40,836 nt of DNA from a virus. Lineage: Duplodnaviria; Caudoviricetes. The position numbers were made by a program, and so were the translations under genes. The notes below the pieces were generated by a model. It saw only the letters and a list, made by a program, of their open reading frames with translations. It was not told the origin of the DNA and made no database searches. This document shows, piece by piece, positions 1 through 8,303 of the stretch. Every line of letters begins with the position of its first letter. Within the stretch, counting starts at the first letter, position 1. Where the stretch lies: positions 1 to 40,836 of the IMG/VR virus record IMGVR_UViG_3300005542_000003; one strand, given 5' to 3'.

Positions 1-40
1 TTCATCGAGGCTTCAAGGGAGCGGTTTGCGGATATCAATG
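1..40. repeat. Terminal 40-bp direct repeat (left copy); circular assembly overlap
   Basis: ttcatcgagg...gatatcaatg at 1-40 is identical to 40797-40836, and an ORF reads through the junction. Confidence 0.97.
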
Positions 41-570
41 CGCCAATTCCGCCAAACGTACGCGTAGCGGTAGGGTTCACATCGCGCGGGCTGAAGGGCT
101 CGCGTATCGGCGAATGCTGGTCTGACGTGTCGTCCGACGACGGCCACTTCGAGATATTCCTGAAGCCGACGCTAACCGATACCGCCTTGGTATGCTCCAC
201 TCTGACGCATGAGTTAATCCATGCGTGTGTCGGACTGGATCAAGGCCACAATGCCACGTTCAAGCGCGTAGCGACCTCCCTTGGGCTCGTGGGACGTATG
301 TCAGCAACAACGCCTAGTGCGGAATGGTTCGCATGGGCGCTCCCGGTAATCGAGAGCCTGGGGCCAATGCCCTATGCAGCGATCACTGGTGGTCTGTCGT
401 CAGCGCGTAAGAAACAGGCAACGGCGCTGCTGAAAGTAGAGTGTCCCGCATGTGGGTTCCTGGCTCGCGTGACCAAGAAACACATTGAACCGCACGCGTA
501 CTTGTCATGTCCTGTACCAGACTGTGACGGCGAGTTGGTAACTGAGGGCCACGACGATACCGGAGAGTAG
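1..570 (+). CDS. SprT-like zinc metallopeptidase with C-terminal Zn ribbon (3' part; starts at 40761 across the junction)
   Basis: Frame 1 is open from base 1. HELIH (HExxH) is followed by GHNATF, then CPAC...CPVPDC. Confidence 0.8.
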   Translation, partial: FIEASRERFADINAPIPPNVRVAVGFTSRGLKGSRIGECWSDVSSDDGHFEIFLKPTLTDTALVCSTLTHELIHACVGLDQGHNATFKRVATSLGLVGRMSATTPSAEWFAWALPVIESLGPMPYAAITGGLSSARKKQATALLKVECPACGFLARVTKKHIEPHAYLSCPVPDCDGELVTEGHDDTGE

Positions 571-625
571 GGCCTTAGCGCCCTACTTATCCCTCCCTTC
601 ACCTTACCTTACGGATACAAGTCAC

Positions 626-1900
626 ATGGCAATTGATATGTATGAAATGAAGGCGCTGGCGTCACGCATACGCGACCAAGTACCAAATATCGCTCCCGGC
701 GCTGTGATCTCTAGCTACACGCGCGATCTTCTAGAGCAATACGCCGGGTCCGCTGGCATGTCCCACCACGTTACCTTTAAAGCGTCTAATGCCGATTTGA
801 TCGGTCTGTATCTGGTAGGGCGCAAAACAGCCGATGGCGCGGTGCGTATGGCTGAGAAAATCACCGTACGCTTGAACGGACCTAGCCTGATAGAACCCGC
901 TCCGGTTCCCGCGCCTCCCCCGTACGTCAACGGTACGCCATCGATCCCGTTTGACGGTGTGACACACGCGCTACTATCGGAGACGATTGCAGCCCTAACG
1001 GCGGAAATGGGGCGTGGTGATCGCGCGACGCTAGAGGCGGTACAAGCTGACTTCGCGGCGCTTTCAGAGGGCCTTACTTCGCGCCTTCCGGGCATGATAC
1101 AGGAAGCTTTAAAGACAGTCACGCCAACGGTTCTCACGGTTCAAACCCCTAACTCGCCTCCCGTCTCTCTTGGCGTCGTACACCGTAAGACGGCGAAAAT
1201 CATAAAATGGCTGTCACTTGGCTCTAACGTGTATCTGCACGGTCCCGCCGGTTCCGGTAAGACGACAACGGCGATGAAATGCGCGGAAGCGTTCGGCCTG
1301 CCTTTCTATTGCGTGGCGAAGGTTGAGAATGAGCAAATGCTACTCGGCTATGAGGATATCAAGAGCGATCTAGTACGCACGCAATTCCGTGAAGCGTACG
1401 AGCATGGTGGCGTGTTCCTATTCGACGAAATGGACGCGTCAGGCTCTAGCGCCATCGTGGCGCTAAATATGGCGCTCGCTAACGGATACTGCCCATTTCC
1501 AGATGCGACCATTAAAATGCACAGCGACTTTAAATGCATTGGCGCTGGCAACACGACGCTTGGAGGGGCCACGTATCAGTATTCTGGCCGCAATCAGCTA
1601 GACGGCGCATCTATTGACCGCTTTGTGTTTGTAGAATTTGGGTACGACGAAGATTTAGAGCGCGCCATCGCCCCGGACGCCCAATGGTGCGCGTACGTGC
1701 AAGCGGCGCGTGCGGAAGCGGCGGTCATACTACCGGACAAGCTAATCACACCACGCGCAACGATCACTGGCGGTCATGCCATACTCGACGGTGGCCTTGA
1801 TCGTACGGAGATTGAGGATGCCACGGTTTACAAGGGGTGGGATATAGAGGATAGGAACACCGTTCATCGCGCCGCCATGGCGCGTTTGGCGAGGGGTTAA
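626..1900 (+). CDS. MoxR/CbbQ-like AAA+ ATPase
   Basis: Walker A GPAGSGKT, Walker B FLFDE, GAGNT sensor, LDGASIDRF arginine-finger region. Confidence 0.88.
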   Translation: MAIDMYEMKALASRIRDQVPNIAPGAVISSYTRDLLEQYAGSAGMSHHVTFKASNADLIGLYLVGRKTADGAVRMAEKITVRLNGPSLIEPAPVPAPPPYVNGTPSIPFDGVTHALLSETIAALTAEMGRGDRATLEAVQADFAALSEGLTSRLPGMIQEALKTVTPTVLTVQTPNSPPVSLGVVHRKTAKIIKWLSLGSNVYLHGPAGSGKTTTAMKCAEAFGLPFYCVAKVENEQMLLGYEDIKSDLVRTQFREAYEHGGVFLFDEMDASGSSAIVALNMALANGYCPFPDATIKMHSDFKCIGAGNTTLGGATYQYSGRNQLDGASIDRFVFVEFGYDEDLERAIAPDAQWCAYVQAARAEAAVILPDKLITPRATITGGHAILDGGLDRTEIEDATVYKGWDIEDRNTVHRAAMARLARG

Positions 1901-1904
1901 GACA

Positions 1905-2759
1905 ATGCAGGTACGTCTGAACAAGGAAGGCGCGAAGCCCACGGCGAGGTACTTTTTTGATAGCTTGCAAGAGGCGCAACGGTGGATAGAGGCGACGCCC
2001 CGTACGTGGCGAGAGGACGCGTCCAAGTCTAACAAAACGTCTCCTGATTGGGATCTGAATACGGATTACACCCAAGCCCTTGCGCTCGCCAGGGACGGCT
2101 GGCGCGAGGGCGCTGCAAAGGTAACAGGAGCTTTAAAGCGCATTCCCGTTAGATCAGCCGCCCCCGAGATACGCCATGATTTCTATGGCTATCGTCCTAA
2201 CGTAGCCCGCGCCATATCTGGTAGACCGGATGCCATGGTGCGGCGCGCGAATAATGCCGAAAGCAACGCGCGGCCTATCGTGACGCTTGTTGTGCCTATC
2301 AATGCGGGTTCCGGCGTACGTGCTTCCAGCATGTCCAACTTTGGTATCGCGGTCATGCACCACGTACGCCAGCTAGAGGCTAACAAGGTACGCGTGGAAA
2401 TCGTGATTTGCACAACAACGGAATTACATTCCGATGGCACGCGCCTATGCACCGCGATCCGGGTCAAGCGCGCAGAACAGCCTATGAACCTGGGGACGCT
2501 GGCGTTCGCCATAGGCCATCCCGCGATGTTCCGGCGGATCATATTCGCCATACGCGAGCGCACCGCAACAGAGAGCGATAGCTCATACGGTTTTAGCGTG
2601 TACACCGAACCTAGCGACATTGTTGGGTACAAGCCGGGAACGGTAATCATTAACGGTATGCGAGACGCCGATACCGTGGCGTCTACCCCGGCGAAGGCTT
2701 TAAAGTATGTAGAGGCGAAGATAGAAGCCGCCATGAAGGGAGGGGCGAAGGCGGCCTGA
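1905..2759 (+). CDS. vWA-like partner of the AAA+ ATPase
   Basis: Directly follows the AAA gene. Strand VTLVVPI precedes a degenerate MIDAS-like NAGSG, and HPAMFRR is typical of phage AAA-adjacent proteins. Confidence 0.6.
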   Translation: MQVRLNKEGAKPTARYFFDSLQEAQRWIEATPRTWREDASKSNKTSPDWDLNTDYTQALALARDGWREGAAKVTGALKRIPVRSAAPEIRHDFYGYRPNVARAISGRPDAMVRRANNAESNARPIVTLVVPINAGSGVRASSMSNFGIAVMHHVRQLEANKVRVEIVICTTTELHSDGTRLCTAIRVKRAEQPMNLGTLAFAIGHPAMFRRIIFAIRERTATESDSSYGFSVYTEPSDIVGYKPGTVIINGMRDADTVASTPAKALKYVEAKIEAAMKGGAKAA

Positions 2760-2766
2760 ATGCCGC

Positions 2767-2856
2767 CCCTAGGGCATGGGCCAGGGAGGCGCGCGTGGGG
2801 GGCGGTAGGGGTATAGCGCCCTTGCCATTCCCACCCGCCTAGCCCATGCCCTAGGG
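2767..2856. repeat. Long GC-rich hairpin / inverted repeat
   Basis: Perfect 15-bp arms ccctagggcatgggc (2767-2781) and gcccatgccctaggg (2842-2856), with further internal pairing. Confidence 0.85.
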
Positions 2857-3020
2857 CGAAAATCGGGCCATGACGGCCTGGGGTCCCTAGGGAGCGTTCA
2901 CATGCTAGGGTTGTTTGTCACGGTAGCGGGGTTTGGATTATACGCCAAGGGTAACTCGTACAGCATAGGACATAGGACATACGAAATGATTTTTGACGGC
3001 AACACGGAAAGGGACTACGC

Positions 3021-3260
3021 ATGAACGCGGCACAGAAAAAAGCTCTCACGAGTATCGTGAGCGACCTGGACGCCAGCAAGACGGCTCTAGAGGAGCTATA
3101 CGGCGAGCTACAGGGCGCTTACGACGATAAGTCTGAGAAATGGCAAGAGGGCGAGAAAGGTCAAGCGGCTAGCGGGTGTATCGAGACGCTTACGGAGGCG
3201 GCGTATACGTTGTACAACACGATACAGGACTTGGACGGCCTTACCAGTACCGACGACTAA
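3021..3260 (+). CDS. Hypothetical acidic helical protein
   Basis: SD-like aaaggga upstream; SEKWQEGEKG motif familiar from small phage proteins. Confidence 0.75.
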   Translation: MNAAQKKALTSIVSDLDASKTALEELYGELQGAYDDKSEKWQEGEKGQAASGCIETLTEAAYTLYNTIQDLDGLTSTDD

Positions 3261-3290
3261 CTCCAAGACATCGCGAATAACCCGCCCAAA

Positions 3291-3319
3291 AGGACGGAGC
3301 CGGAAACGGTGGCCGTCCT
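3291..3319 (+). other. Stem-loop with GAAA tetraloop
   Basis: aggacgg...gccg-GAAA-cggt...ccgtcct, intergenic, no U tract. Confidence 0.55.
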
Positions 3320-3355
3320 GAAGGCGTGCAAATCACTTTAAAGGACTTACCTTAC

Positions 3356-3640
3356 ATGACATACGTTATAGCAGTATACGAAATCAACCGCGCGTACGGC
3401 GGACCCGAGGAAGGCGGATGGTACTACGACACTGGCAAGCTAGTGCGGGTCCTGGGTACACGTTCGGGCGAGGAGGCTGCATACTCCCTAGCTAGTCGTC
3501 TCAACGGATGGATGGAACGTATGCAGCGCAACAAGCGGTCTATATCCTCCGTCCTGTATAGTGGAGGGTGCTATTCCGTGGAGGCTCATCTATACCTTCC
3601 GCCCGCGTGCTACCCGGAAACCAAGCCATACTATTCCTGA
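3356..3640 (+). CDS. Hypothetical phage protein (YGGPEEGGW motif)
   Basis: ATG 3356 preceded by aaagga; motif YGGPEEGGWYY. Confidence 0.75.
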   Translation: MTYVIAVYEINRAYGGPEEGGWYYDTGKLVRVLGTRSGEEAAYSLASRLNGWMERMQRNKRSISSVLYSGGCYSVEAHLYLPPACYPETKPYYS

Positions 3641-3651
3641 GGGGACCCGTG

Positions 3652-3840
3652 ATGACACACAAAGTACTGGTTTTCGCCATACAAGCTATAATGCTGGCGT
3701 TCGCGCTATGGATAACGTGGACGATACTAGCGTTCATAATATCCCTCATACCTAGACACGTTCTGGGGGTTATAGGGATTTCCATATCCGTAGCGAGCAT
3801 ATGTTCATTATGTAGCTGCTCGTGTAATTGCAAACACTAA
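3652..3840 (+). CDS. Small membrane protein with Cys-rich tail
   Basis: gagggga SD; two hydrophobic segments; ends ICSLCSCSCNCKH. Confidence 0.6.
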   Translation: MTHKVLVFAIQAIMLAFALWITWTILAFIISLIPRHVLGVIGISISVASICSLCSCSCNCKH

Positions 3841-4007
3841 TGCGCTACGCCCTATGTGTGCTCATACTGGCCTTAATCACCATCATAGCAGTAGCGCTGC
3901 TGTTGCAACTGTTTTCGCTCATATTCCATGGCGCGCTAGAGGTACTGATCATCACCCTTGGCGTCGCGCTTGGAGCGTACTGGATAAGCAAAGATAGAAA
4001 CCTTTAA
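3840..4007 (+). CDS. Small two-TM membrane protein (55 aa; not in ORF track)
   Basis: TAATG coupling to the previous ORF; MRYALCVLILALITIIAVALLLQLFSLIFHGALEVLIITLGVALGAYWISKDRNL. Confidence 0.6.
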   Translation: MRYALCVLILALITIIAVALLLQLFSLIFHGALEVLIITLGVALGAYWISKDRNL

Positions 4008-4019
4008 AGGATACCTCAC

Positions 4020-4067
4020 ATGAAAAAGCTTAATACAAAGTTAACCCTTGCCGACGTGGTTTGGTAA
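4020..4067 (+). CDS. 15-aa peptide MKKLNTKLTLADVVW
   Basis: aaagga SD about 8 nt upstream; fills the gap between ORFs. Confidence 0.35.
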   Translation: MKKLNTKLTLADVVW

Positions 4068-4071
4068 AGCT

Positions 4072-4206
4072 ATGGCTACGAACGCAATCGTAAACGCTAT
4101 GCTCGGGCTAATGCCCCCTGGCGAGCCGCTGGTACTGCCCGAAGATGGGACGGTCTGCGAGGATGAAGGTTGCCCGCATTTTGGTACTTTACATACGCAT
4201 ACTTAA
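4072..4206 (+). CDS. 44-aa putative metal-binding miniprotein
   Basis: Ends CEDEGCPHFGTLHTHT (C-x4-C-x-H-x4-H-x-H). Confidence 0.55.
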   Translation: MATNAIVNAMLGLMPPGEPLVLPEDGTVCEDEGCPHFGTLHTHT

Positions 4207-4220
4207 GGACCTTTAAAGAC

Positions 4221-4319
4221 ATGCGTAGGTGGAATACACTTCAACTTTCGGCGCTGCTCATATGCGGCTTCGTGGTGTTCATGCTAGGCGTCTACTTTAT
4301 GGTGGGCGCTCTGACATGA
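4221..4319 (+). CDS. 32-aa single-TM peptide
   Basis: MRRWNTLQLSALLICGFVVFMLGVYFMVGALT; ATGA overlap with the next ORF. Confidence 0.5.
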   Translation: MRRWNTLQLSALLICGFVVFMLGVYFMVGALT

Positions 4320-4429
4320 CCGCCCTAGAGGCCAGGAGACGCCAAATGCATTACCGGGCGGCACGGCGGCGATGGCTCTCGCTTATGGGCTTCCCAATCG
4401 ACCGGAAAACGACTAAGGTTTTTTCTTAA
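4316..4429 (+). CDS. 37-aa Arg-rich peptide
   Basis: ATGA coupling; MTALEARRRQMHYRAARRRW... Confidence 0.45.
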   Translation: MTALEARRRQMHYRAARRRWLSLMGFPIDRKTTKVFS

Positions 4430-4460
4430 GTTACCTTACCCTACAGGAGACATACTTTAA

Positions 4461-4919
4461 ATGACACGACAACCCAAGGGATTTAGTGTTCTAGAGCTAC
4501 CGGAAGATGAGCACGTATACACGTTTGTTTCCAATGACGGTACTGAGCCGACGCACATAGCGGCGACTACGCTTCGCCGCGCGCTGGAGATCATGAAATG
4601 GCCCATAATTAAATGCATGATCGGTGCGGAGCTTATTAAGTGCCTAGAACGCAATGACATATGCATAGAGCCTGAGCACGCCTTGGCGCTACCCGAGGAG
4701 GCTCTAGAGACGGCTATTATCGTATGCGAGTGGGGTACTGAGCACGTCATCGCGGATGGCTCACATAGGCTATGGCGGCGCTGGAAGCGTGGCGATGATC
4801 ACTTTAAAGGTTACACCGTCCCAGAGGCTGTCTGGCGTGAGTTCGCGATATACGACATTCCCGGAACCGGCGAGTATTGGGACAAGTTCAACCGTACAGC
4901 CAAGGTGCGAGGAGGATAG
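4461..4919 (+). CDS. ParB/Srx-like domain protein
   Basis: aggaga SD; VIADGSHRL matches the ParB-N DGxHR motif. Confidence 0.55.
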   Translation: MTRQPKGFSVLELPEDEHVYTFVSNDGTEPTHIAATTLRRALEIMKWPIIKCMIGAELIKCLERNDICIEPEHALALPEEALETAIIVCEWGTEHVIADGSHRLWRRWKRGDDHFKGYTVPEAVWREFAIYDIPGTGEYWDKFNRTAKVRGG

Positions 4920-4921
4920 CC

Positions 4922-5149
4922 ATGAAGTTCCCCAGGCCGCTGCCCGGTATGCCTAACGCCGTCGTGGCGTTGGCCGTAGTAGGACTAGTGTTGCTTGGGG
5001 TACTTCTGATCATGCACGGATCGAAGCTGGATAACGATCAAATGCTAATGGCTATTATAGCTGCGCTTGGAAACGTAGTGACAATATACGTTGGCTATGC
5101 TATAGGTCGTCACCATAAGCGTACCGGAGAAAATGAGCCCGATGCTTGA
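4922..5149 (+). CDS. Two-TM membrane protein (holin-like topology)
   Basis: gaggagga SD before ATG 4922; two hydrophobic helices and a charged C-terminal tail. Confidence 0.65.
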   Translation: MKFPRPLPGMPNAVVALAVVGLVLLGVLLIMHGSKLDNDQMLMAIIAALGNVVTIYVGYAIGRHHKRTGENEPDA

Positions 5150-5372
5150 TCCATGCGCCAACTGTAAGCGATGCGCCGCTGACCGTATGGTTGGCATAGT
5201 GCGTCGTGCGGACTGCCTCACGCTGTACCCGAACCTAACCAACATAGGCAACAGTCCAGGTGGATTTAAAGCTGCTATGTCATCGTGGGGTTGGAGCCTA
5301 TCTGAAAAGTACTTCTATGACCAACAAGTACTAGCAAATTACCCAAACCAAACCCTAGGAGACTTACTTTAA
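5133..5372 (+). CDS. Hypothetical protein with CxxCxxC
   Basis: ggaga SD; CANCKRC. Confidence 0.55.
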   Translation: MSPMLDPCANCKRCAADRMVGIVRRADCLTLYPNLTNIGNSPGGFKAAMSSWGWSLSEKYFYDQQVLANYPNQTLGDLL

Positions 5373-5374
5373 AT

Positions 5375-5914
5375 ATGAGCATCTTCCCCACACGCCCTGT
5401 GTACAAAACAAAAGCGCAATACTGCGCTGATCTAGTGCTCGCGTTCAACACCGCGACTAACCGCGTCAACTGGCGTGCGAAGATGGCGGGTACGCGCATT
5501 AACCCTGCGGTACACTTTACCTCGCGTAATTCCATGGTAGTAGTAGCGTATTTGGTGAACACCGAGAGTTTCACCATTACCTTTAAAAAGACCGCGTGCT
5601 CGTGGGGCGACTTCCTTGGTGCTGCCCAAAGGTCCTTAAACGTGGTGTTACTTAACCTGGAAGTGTCAGGTATGGGTTTTCACGCCCCACTGGACGACGC
5701 TAAGTTTCGTATCGAGTATAACCCGAAAACCAAAATAACGTCCATAGAGTTTATACTCTCGGAAGAGGAACAGAAGGCGCGTAGTTTCCTGCCCGCCATG
5801 GTGGGAGAGTACTACCCGCTGGACAACGAGGACCCAGACGACCCCGAGGAAGAATACTTTAAAGATGGTGATGAAGGGGTCGAAAATACTTCTGAAAACC
5901 CCCTTGACGTGTGA
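5375..5914 (+). CDS. Hypothetical protein with acidic C-terminus
   Basis: aggaga upstream; 179-aa ORF in operon context. Confidence 0.7.
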   Translation: MSIFPTRPVYKTKAQYCADLVLAFNTATNRVNWRAKMAGTRINPAVHFTSRNSMVVVAYLVNTESFTITFKKTACSWGDFLGAAQRSLNVVLLNLEVSGMGFHAPLDDAKFRIEYNPKTKITSIEFILSEEEQKARSFLPAMVGEYYPLDNEDPDDPEEEYFKDGDEGVENTSENPLDV

Positions 5915-5932
5915 GATACGAGGGGTTAAATA
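5904..5932 (+). promoter_or_regulatory. Putative sigma70-type promoter
   Basis: cccc-TTGACG-N17-TAAATA upstream of the 5988 gene; the same CCCCTTGAC occurs at 8476 and on the - strand at 38559. Confidence 0.5.
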
Positions 5933-5987
5933 TTCACTGTTCAACGCGCACAACGCGCTCACAAATCGCAATAAGGGACTAACCAAA

Positions 5988-6668
5988 ATGACTGATGAAA
6001 CCGCTACCTTGGCCGCCACGGCGACAGCTACTCCCGTTGCCGCCAGCGTTCTCGTGACCGAATACCCCAATATGACGGGGGAACGGTCGTTCGATTGCGC
6101 GACCATCCCTGCCAACGTGCGCCTGGACTTTCTCAAGGCCCATGTCCGCAGCTACATCGCGAACCGGCTAAACAGCCTTACCACGCGTCACCAAAAAGAC
6201 GCGGCGGTCATCGCCTGGAACGCGTACAACGAGGCCACGAAGGCCGATCCGCTCCAAAGCCTCGTGCCCAAGCCGACCGTTCCGCTGCCTGCTATGCCCG
6301 ACTACGACGAAGCGTACGGACGTGCCGTCGCTGATCTCGTGGCTGGCAAGGTGCGCCAAGTGTCGGACGAGCCGAAGCAACGCAAGACCAAAGACCCGCT
6401 TACGGCGGTCGTCACCGATGCGGTCATCCGCGAAGTGTACGAGAGCCGCAAGGCTGCCGACCCGAAGTACACGTTCATCAATGCTCGCGCCGAGGTTGGC
6501 GTGGACGGCATCGCGTACTTGAACAAGCTGATCGACGCCAAGGTCGCCCAAGGCGCGGATCGCGGCGAACTGGAGAAGATGCGCGAAACGCGGTACGTGG
6601 GACCGGCCAAGATGATGCTCGGCATCACCACGTCCAAGGCTACGGCGGCGCTTCCGTCCATCCTCTAA
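5988..6668 (+). CDS. Hypothetical protein, probably highly expressed (226 aa)
   Basis: aaggga SD before ATG 5988; strongly C/G-ending codons; own promoter and terminator. Confidence 0.85.
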   Translation: MTDETATLAATATATPVAASVLVTEYPNMTGERSFDCATIPANVRLDFLKAHVRSYIANRLNSLTTRHQKDAAVIAWNAYNEATKADPLQSLVPKPTVPLPAMPDYDEAYGRAVADLVAGKVRQVSDEPKQRKTKDPLTAVVTDAVIREVYESRKAADPKYTFINARAEVGVDGIAYLNKLIDAKVAQGADRGELEKMRETRYVGPAKMMLGITTSKATAALPSIL

Positions 6669-6681
6669 CGGGACGTACTTT

Positions 6682-6724
6682 AAAGCCCTCATGGTGTAAC
6701 AGCCGTGGGGGCTTTTCGGTGTTT
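6682..6724 (+). terminator. Intrinsic terminator
   Basis: 13-bp stem aaagccctcatgg/ccgtgggggcttt (two G-U pairs), 8-nt loop, T-rich tail. Confidence 0.75.
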
Positions 6725-6740
6725 ACTTTAAAGGTTACTC

Positions 6741-6920
6741 ATGAACGAAAACGAAGAACGCGCGTATTGGGCTGAGTACATACGTAAATCGCGAGCGGAG
6801 GCTTTGAAAGCCGAGAAAGACGCTAGGTGGTATCCGTGGCTCGCGCTGCTGCTAGCCGTAGTAGGGTCGGCTTGGGTTTCTGGCTTGATAATTTTCATGG
6901 CCCATGCGCTGCACATCTAA
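6741..6920 (+). CDS. Small C-terminally anchored membrane protein (59 aa; not in ORF track)
   Basis: aaagg SD; charged helix followed by RWYPWLALLLAVVGSAWVSGLIIF. Confidence 0.65.
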   Translation: MNENEERAYWAEYIRKSRAEALKAEKDARWYPWLALLLAVVGSAWVSGLIIFMAHALHI

Positions 6921-6948
6921 ATCAAACACTTTAAAGGATGCATATACC

Positions 6949-7185
6949 ATGCCTCGAAACTACGGCGGAAACGCACAGCAACCGCTAGTACAGGCGGCAC
7001 AAGATACGCTCAACCCGCATCGTCCGGTCATGGTGCGCTTCATAGTGCGTGACCCGGAGAACCCGGATATCGCCGTACATGACCGCACAGGGGATCACGC
7101 CGACCGCTTCTTCCGCGAGTGGCTGGATAAAACTATGTGGTGGGCGCTTCGCAACCAAAAGAGTGTCGCCATTTACCCAGAATAA
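6949..7185 (+). CDS. Hypothetical protein
   Basis: aaagga SD before ATG 6949. Confidence 0.65.
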   Translation: MPRNYGGNAQQPLVQAAQDTLNPHRPVMVRFIVRDPENPDIAVHDRTGDHADRFFREWLDKTMWWALRNQKSVAIYPE

Positions 7186-7209
7186 CTTTAAAGGTTTTAC
7201 CTTACCAAC

Positions 7210-7503
7210 ATGACATCACGTACAAACGAAAAGCCCTATGGGCTGGAAGAATACCTTAGAGAACAGAAGCGACTAGAGAACTGCCAGGACTTGCGTGACG
7301 ATACATGCTCAATTGTACTCAACGCGGGTAACATGCACGGTACTCTAGACAACACGCTGGAATACATACATGGGCATTCCGGTCCTCATCCAAGCACCAT
7401 CCGCAGATGGCTGAATAAGGAGGTAAACGCCCCACATATGGGGAAAATACGATCTACCTTGGAAATACTCGGGTACAGACTAAGCATCGAACCCAAAGGA
7501 TAA
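7210..7503 (+). CDS. HTH (XRE/Cro-like) DNA-binding protein
   Basis: SGPHPSTIRRWLNKEVNAPHMGKIRSTLEILGYRL. Confidence 0.6.
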   Translation: MTSRTNEKPYGLEEYLREQKRLENCQDLRDDTCSIVLNAGNMHGTLDNTLEYIHGHSGPHPSTIRRWLNKEVNAPHMGKIRSTLEILGYRLSIEPKG

Positions 7504-7526
7504 AACACTTTAAAGGAAACGACACC

Positions 7527-7868
7527 ATGACTGACAAATCAGATAAGACCGACAAGACAGAAACCGTCAAAAGCCTCATGGCTGCTAAAGACAACGCGTA
7601 CAGAGAACGAGACTTGCTTGTATGCGCCTTGTCAAAGCTATTCCGCTCGCACCTTGGACGACACCCGGACGACGATACCGAGTGGGAGAATGACTGGCGT
7701 TGGATCGTATTTATTGACTTGCCAACAGGTCAAGCGTCGTGGCATATACACGACAGCGAGCTTCATCTGTTCGAGCACTTGACGCACCATATCGGCCCGT
7801 CATCCTGGGATGGACACACAACAGAGGAGAAATACAACCGGCTCGCCGCTATCAAAAAGCAATGGTAG
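7527..7868 (+). CDS. WDGH-motif phage protein
   Basis: IVFIDLPTGQASWH...WDGHTTEEKYNRL. Confidence 0.7.
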   Translation: MTDKSDKTDKTETVKSLMAAKDNAYRERDLLVCALSKLFRSHLGRHPDDDTEWENDWRWIVFIDLPTGQASWHIHDSELHLFEHLTHHIGPSSWDGHTTEEKYNRLAAIKKQW

Positions 7869-7916
7869 TGTAAGCCTACCATCACCTTACCGTAATTTAC
7901 TTTAAAGGATATCATA

Positions 7917-8303
7917 ATGCCACGTAACAACACGCAACGTAAAGAGACTAAGCACATGCCAGCTACCGACTACCCCGGCGTTTGGTTCGTGCTCCCTAAC
8001 GAGTACTACGATTCGCAGCAGACTATCGACATGCTCGGCATGGTGCCTAACATGCTGAATATCAACGATACGCGGGACGCACAAACGCAGATTAGGGACA
8101 ATTACATAGGTGGCTGGAACCCTATGTTTGGTATCACGATTGAGCCGCAGGACAAGAAGTTTGCTTTAAAGTACCCCGGCGATCCTGACTTATATCCCAT
8201 CGCGTTCACCGTACTCGGGGAGCAAATTGTCCTCATGTATCCGTTCTCATGGGTGGCAATTGTTACACCGGGTAAAGACACAGAAGTGGCGAGGCTCGAC
8301 TAG
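7917..8303 (+). CDS. Hypothetical phage protein
   Basis: aaagga SD; LKYPGDPDL...VARLD. Alternative start at 7956. Confidence 0.7.
   Translation: MPRNNTQRKETKHMPATDYPGVWFVLPNEYYDSQQTIDMLGMVPNMLNINDTRDAQTQIRDNYIGGWNPMFGITIEPQDKKFALKYPGDPDLYPIAFTVLGEQIVLMYPFSWVAIVTPGKDTEVARLD

Noticed and set aside
1-40. Terminal repeat as a biological DTR or att site
   Set aside because: It falls mid-gene and the ORF reads through it, which fits an assembler overlap of a circular contig.
3285-3330. Hammerhead ribozyme (GAAA and CTGA present)
   Set aside because: The CUGANGA core is incomplete (ctgaagg) and GAAA is the hairpin loop; the three-stem junction cannot be built.
5133-5372. Radical SAM maturase for the RiPP-like peptide
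   Set aside because: The motif is CxxCxxC rather than CxxxCxxC, and 79 aa is far too short.
7210-7503. Lysogeny module
   Set aside because: There is a single HTH gene, with no integrase, no divergent repressor pair and no parA; a temperate lifestyle is not supported.
6678-7910. Recurrent ACTTTAAAGG as a CRISPR or mini-array
   Set aside because: The repeats are only about 10 bp and are separated by whole genes of variable length; there is no cas operon.
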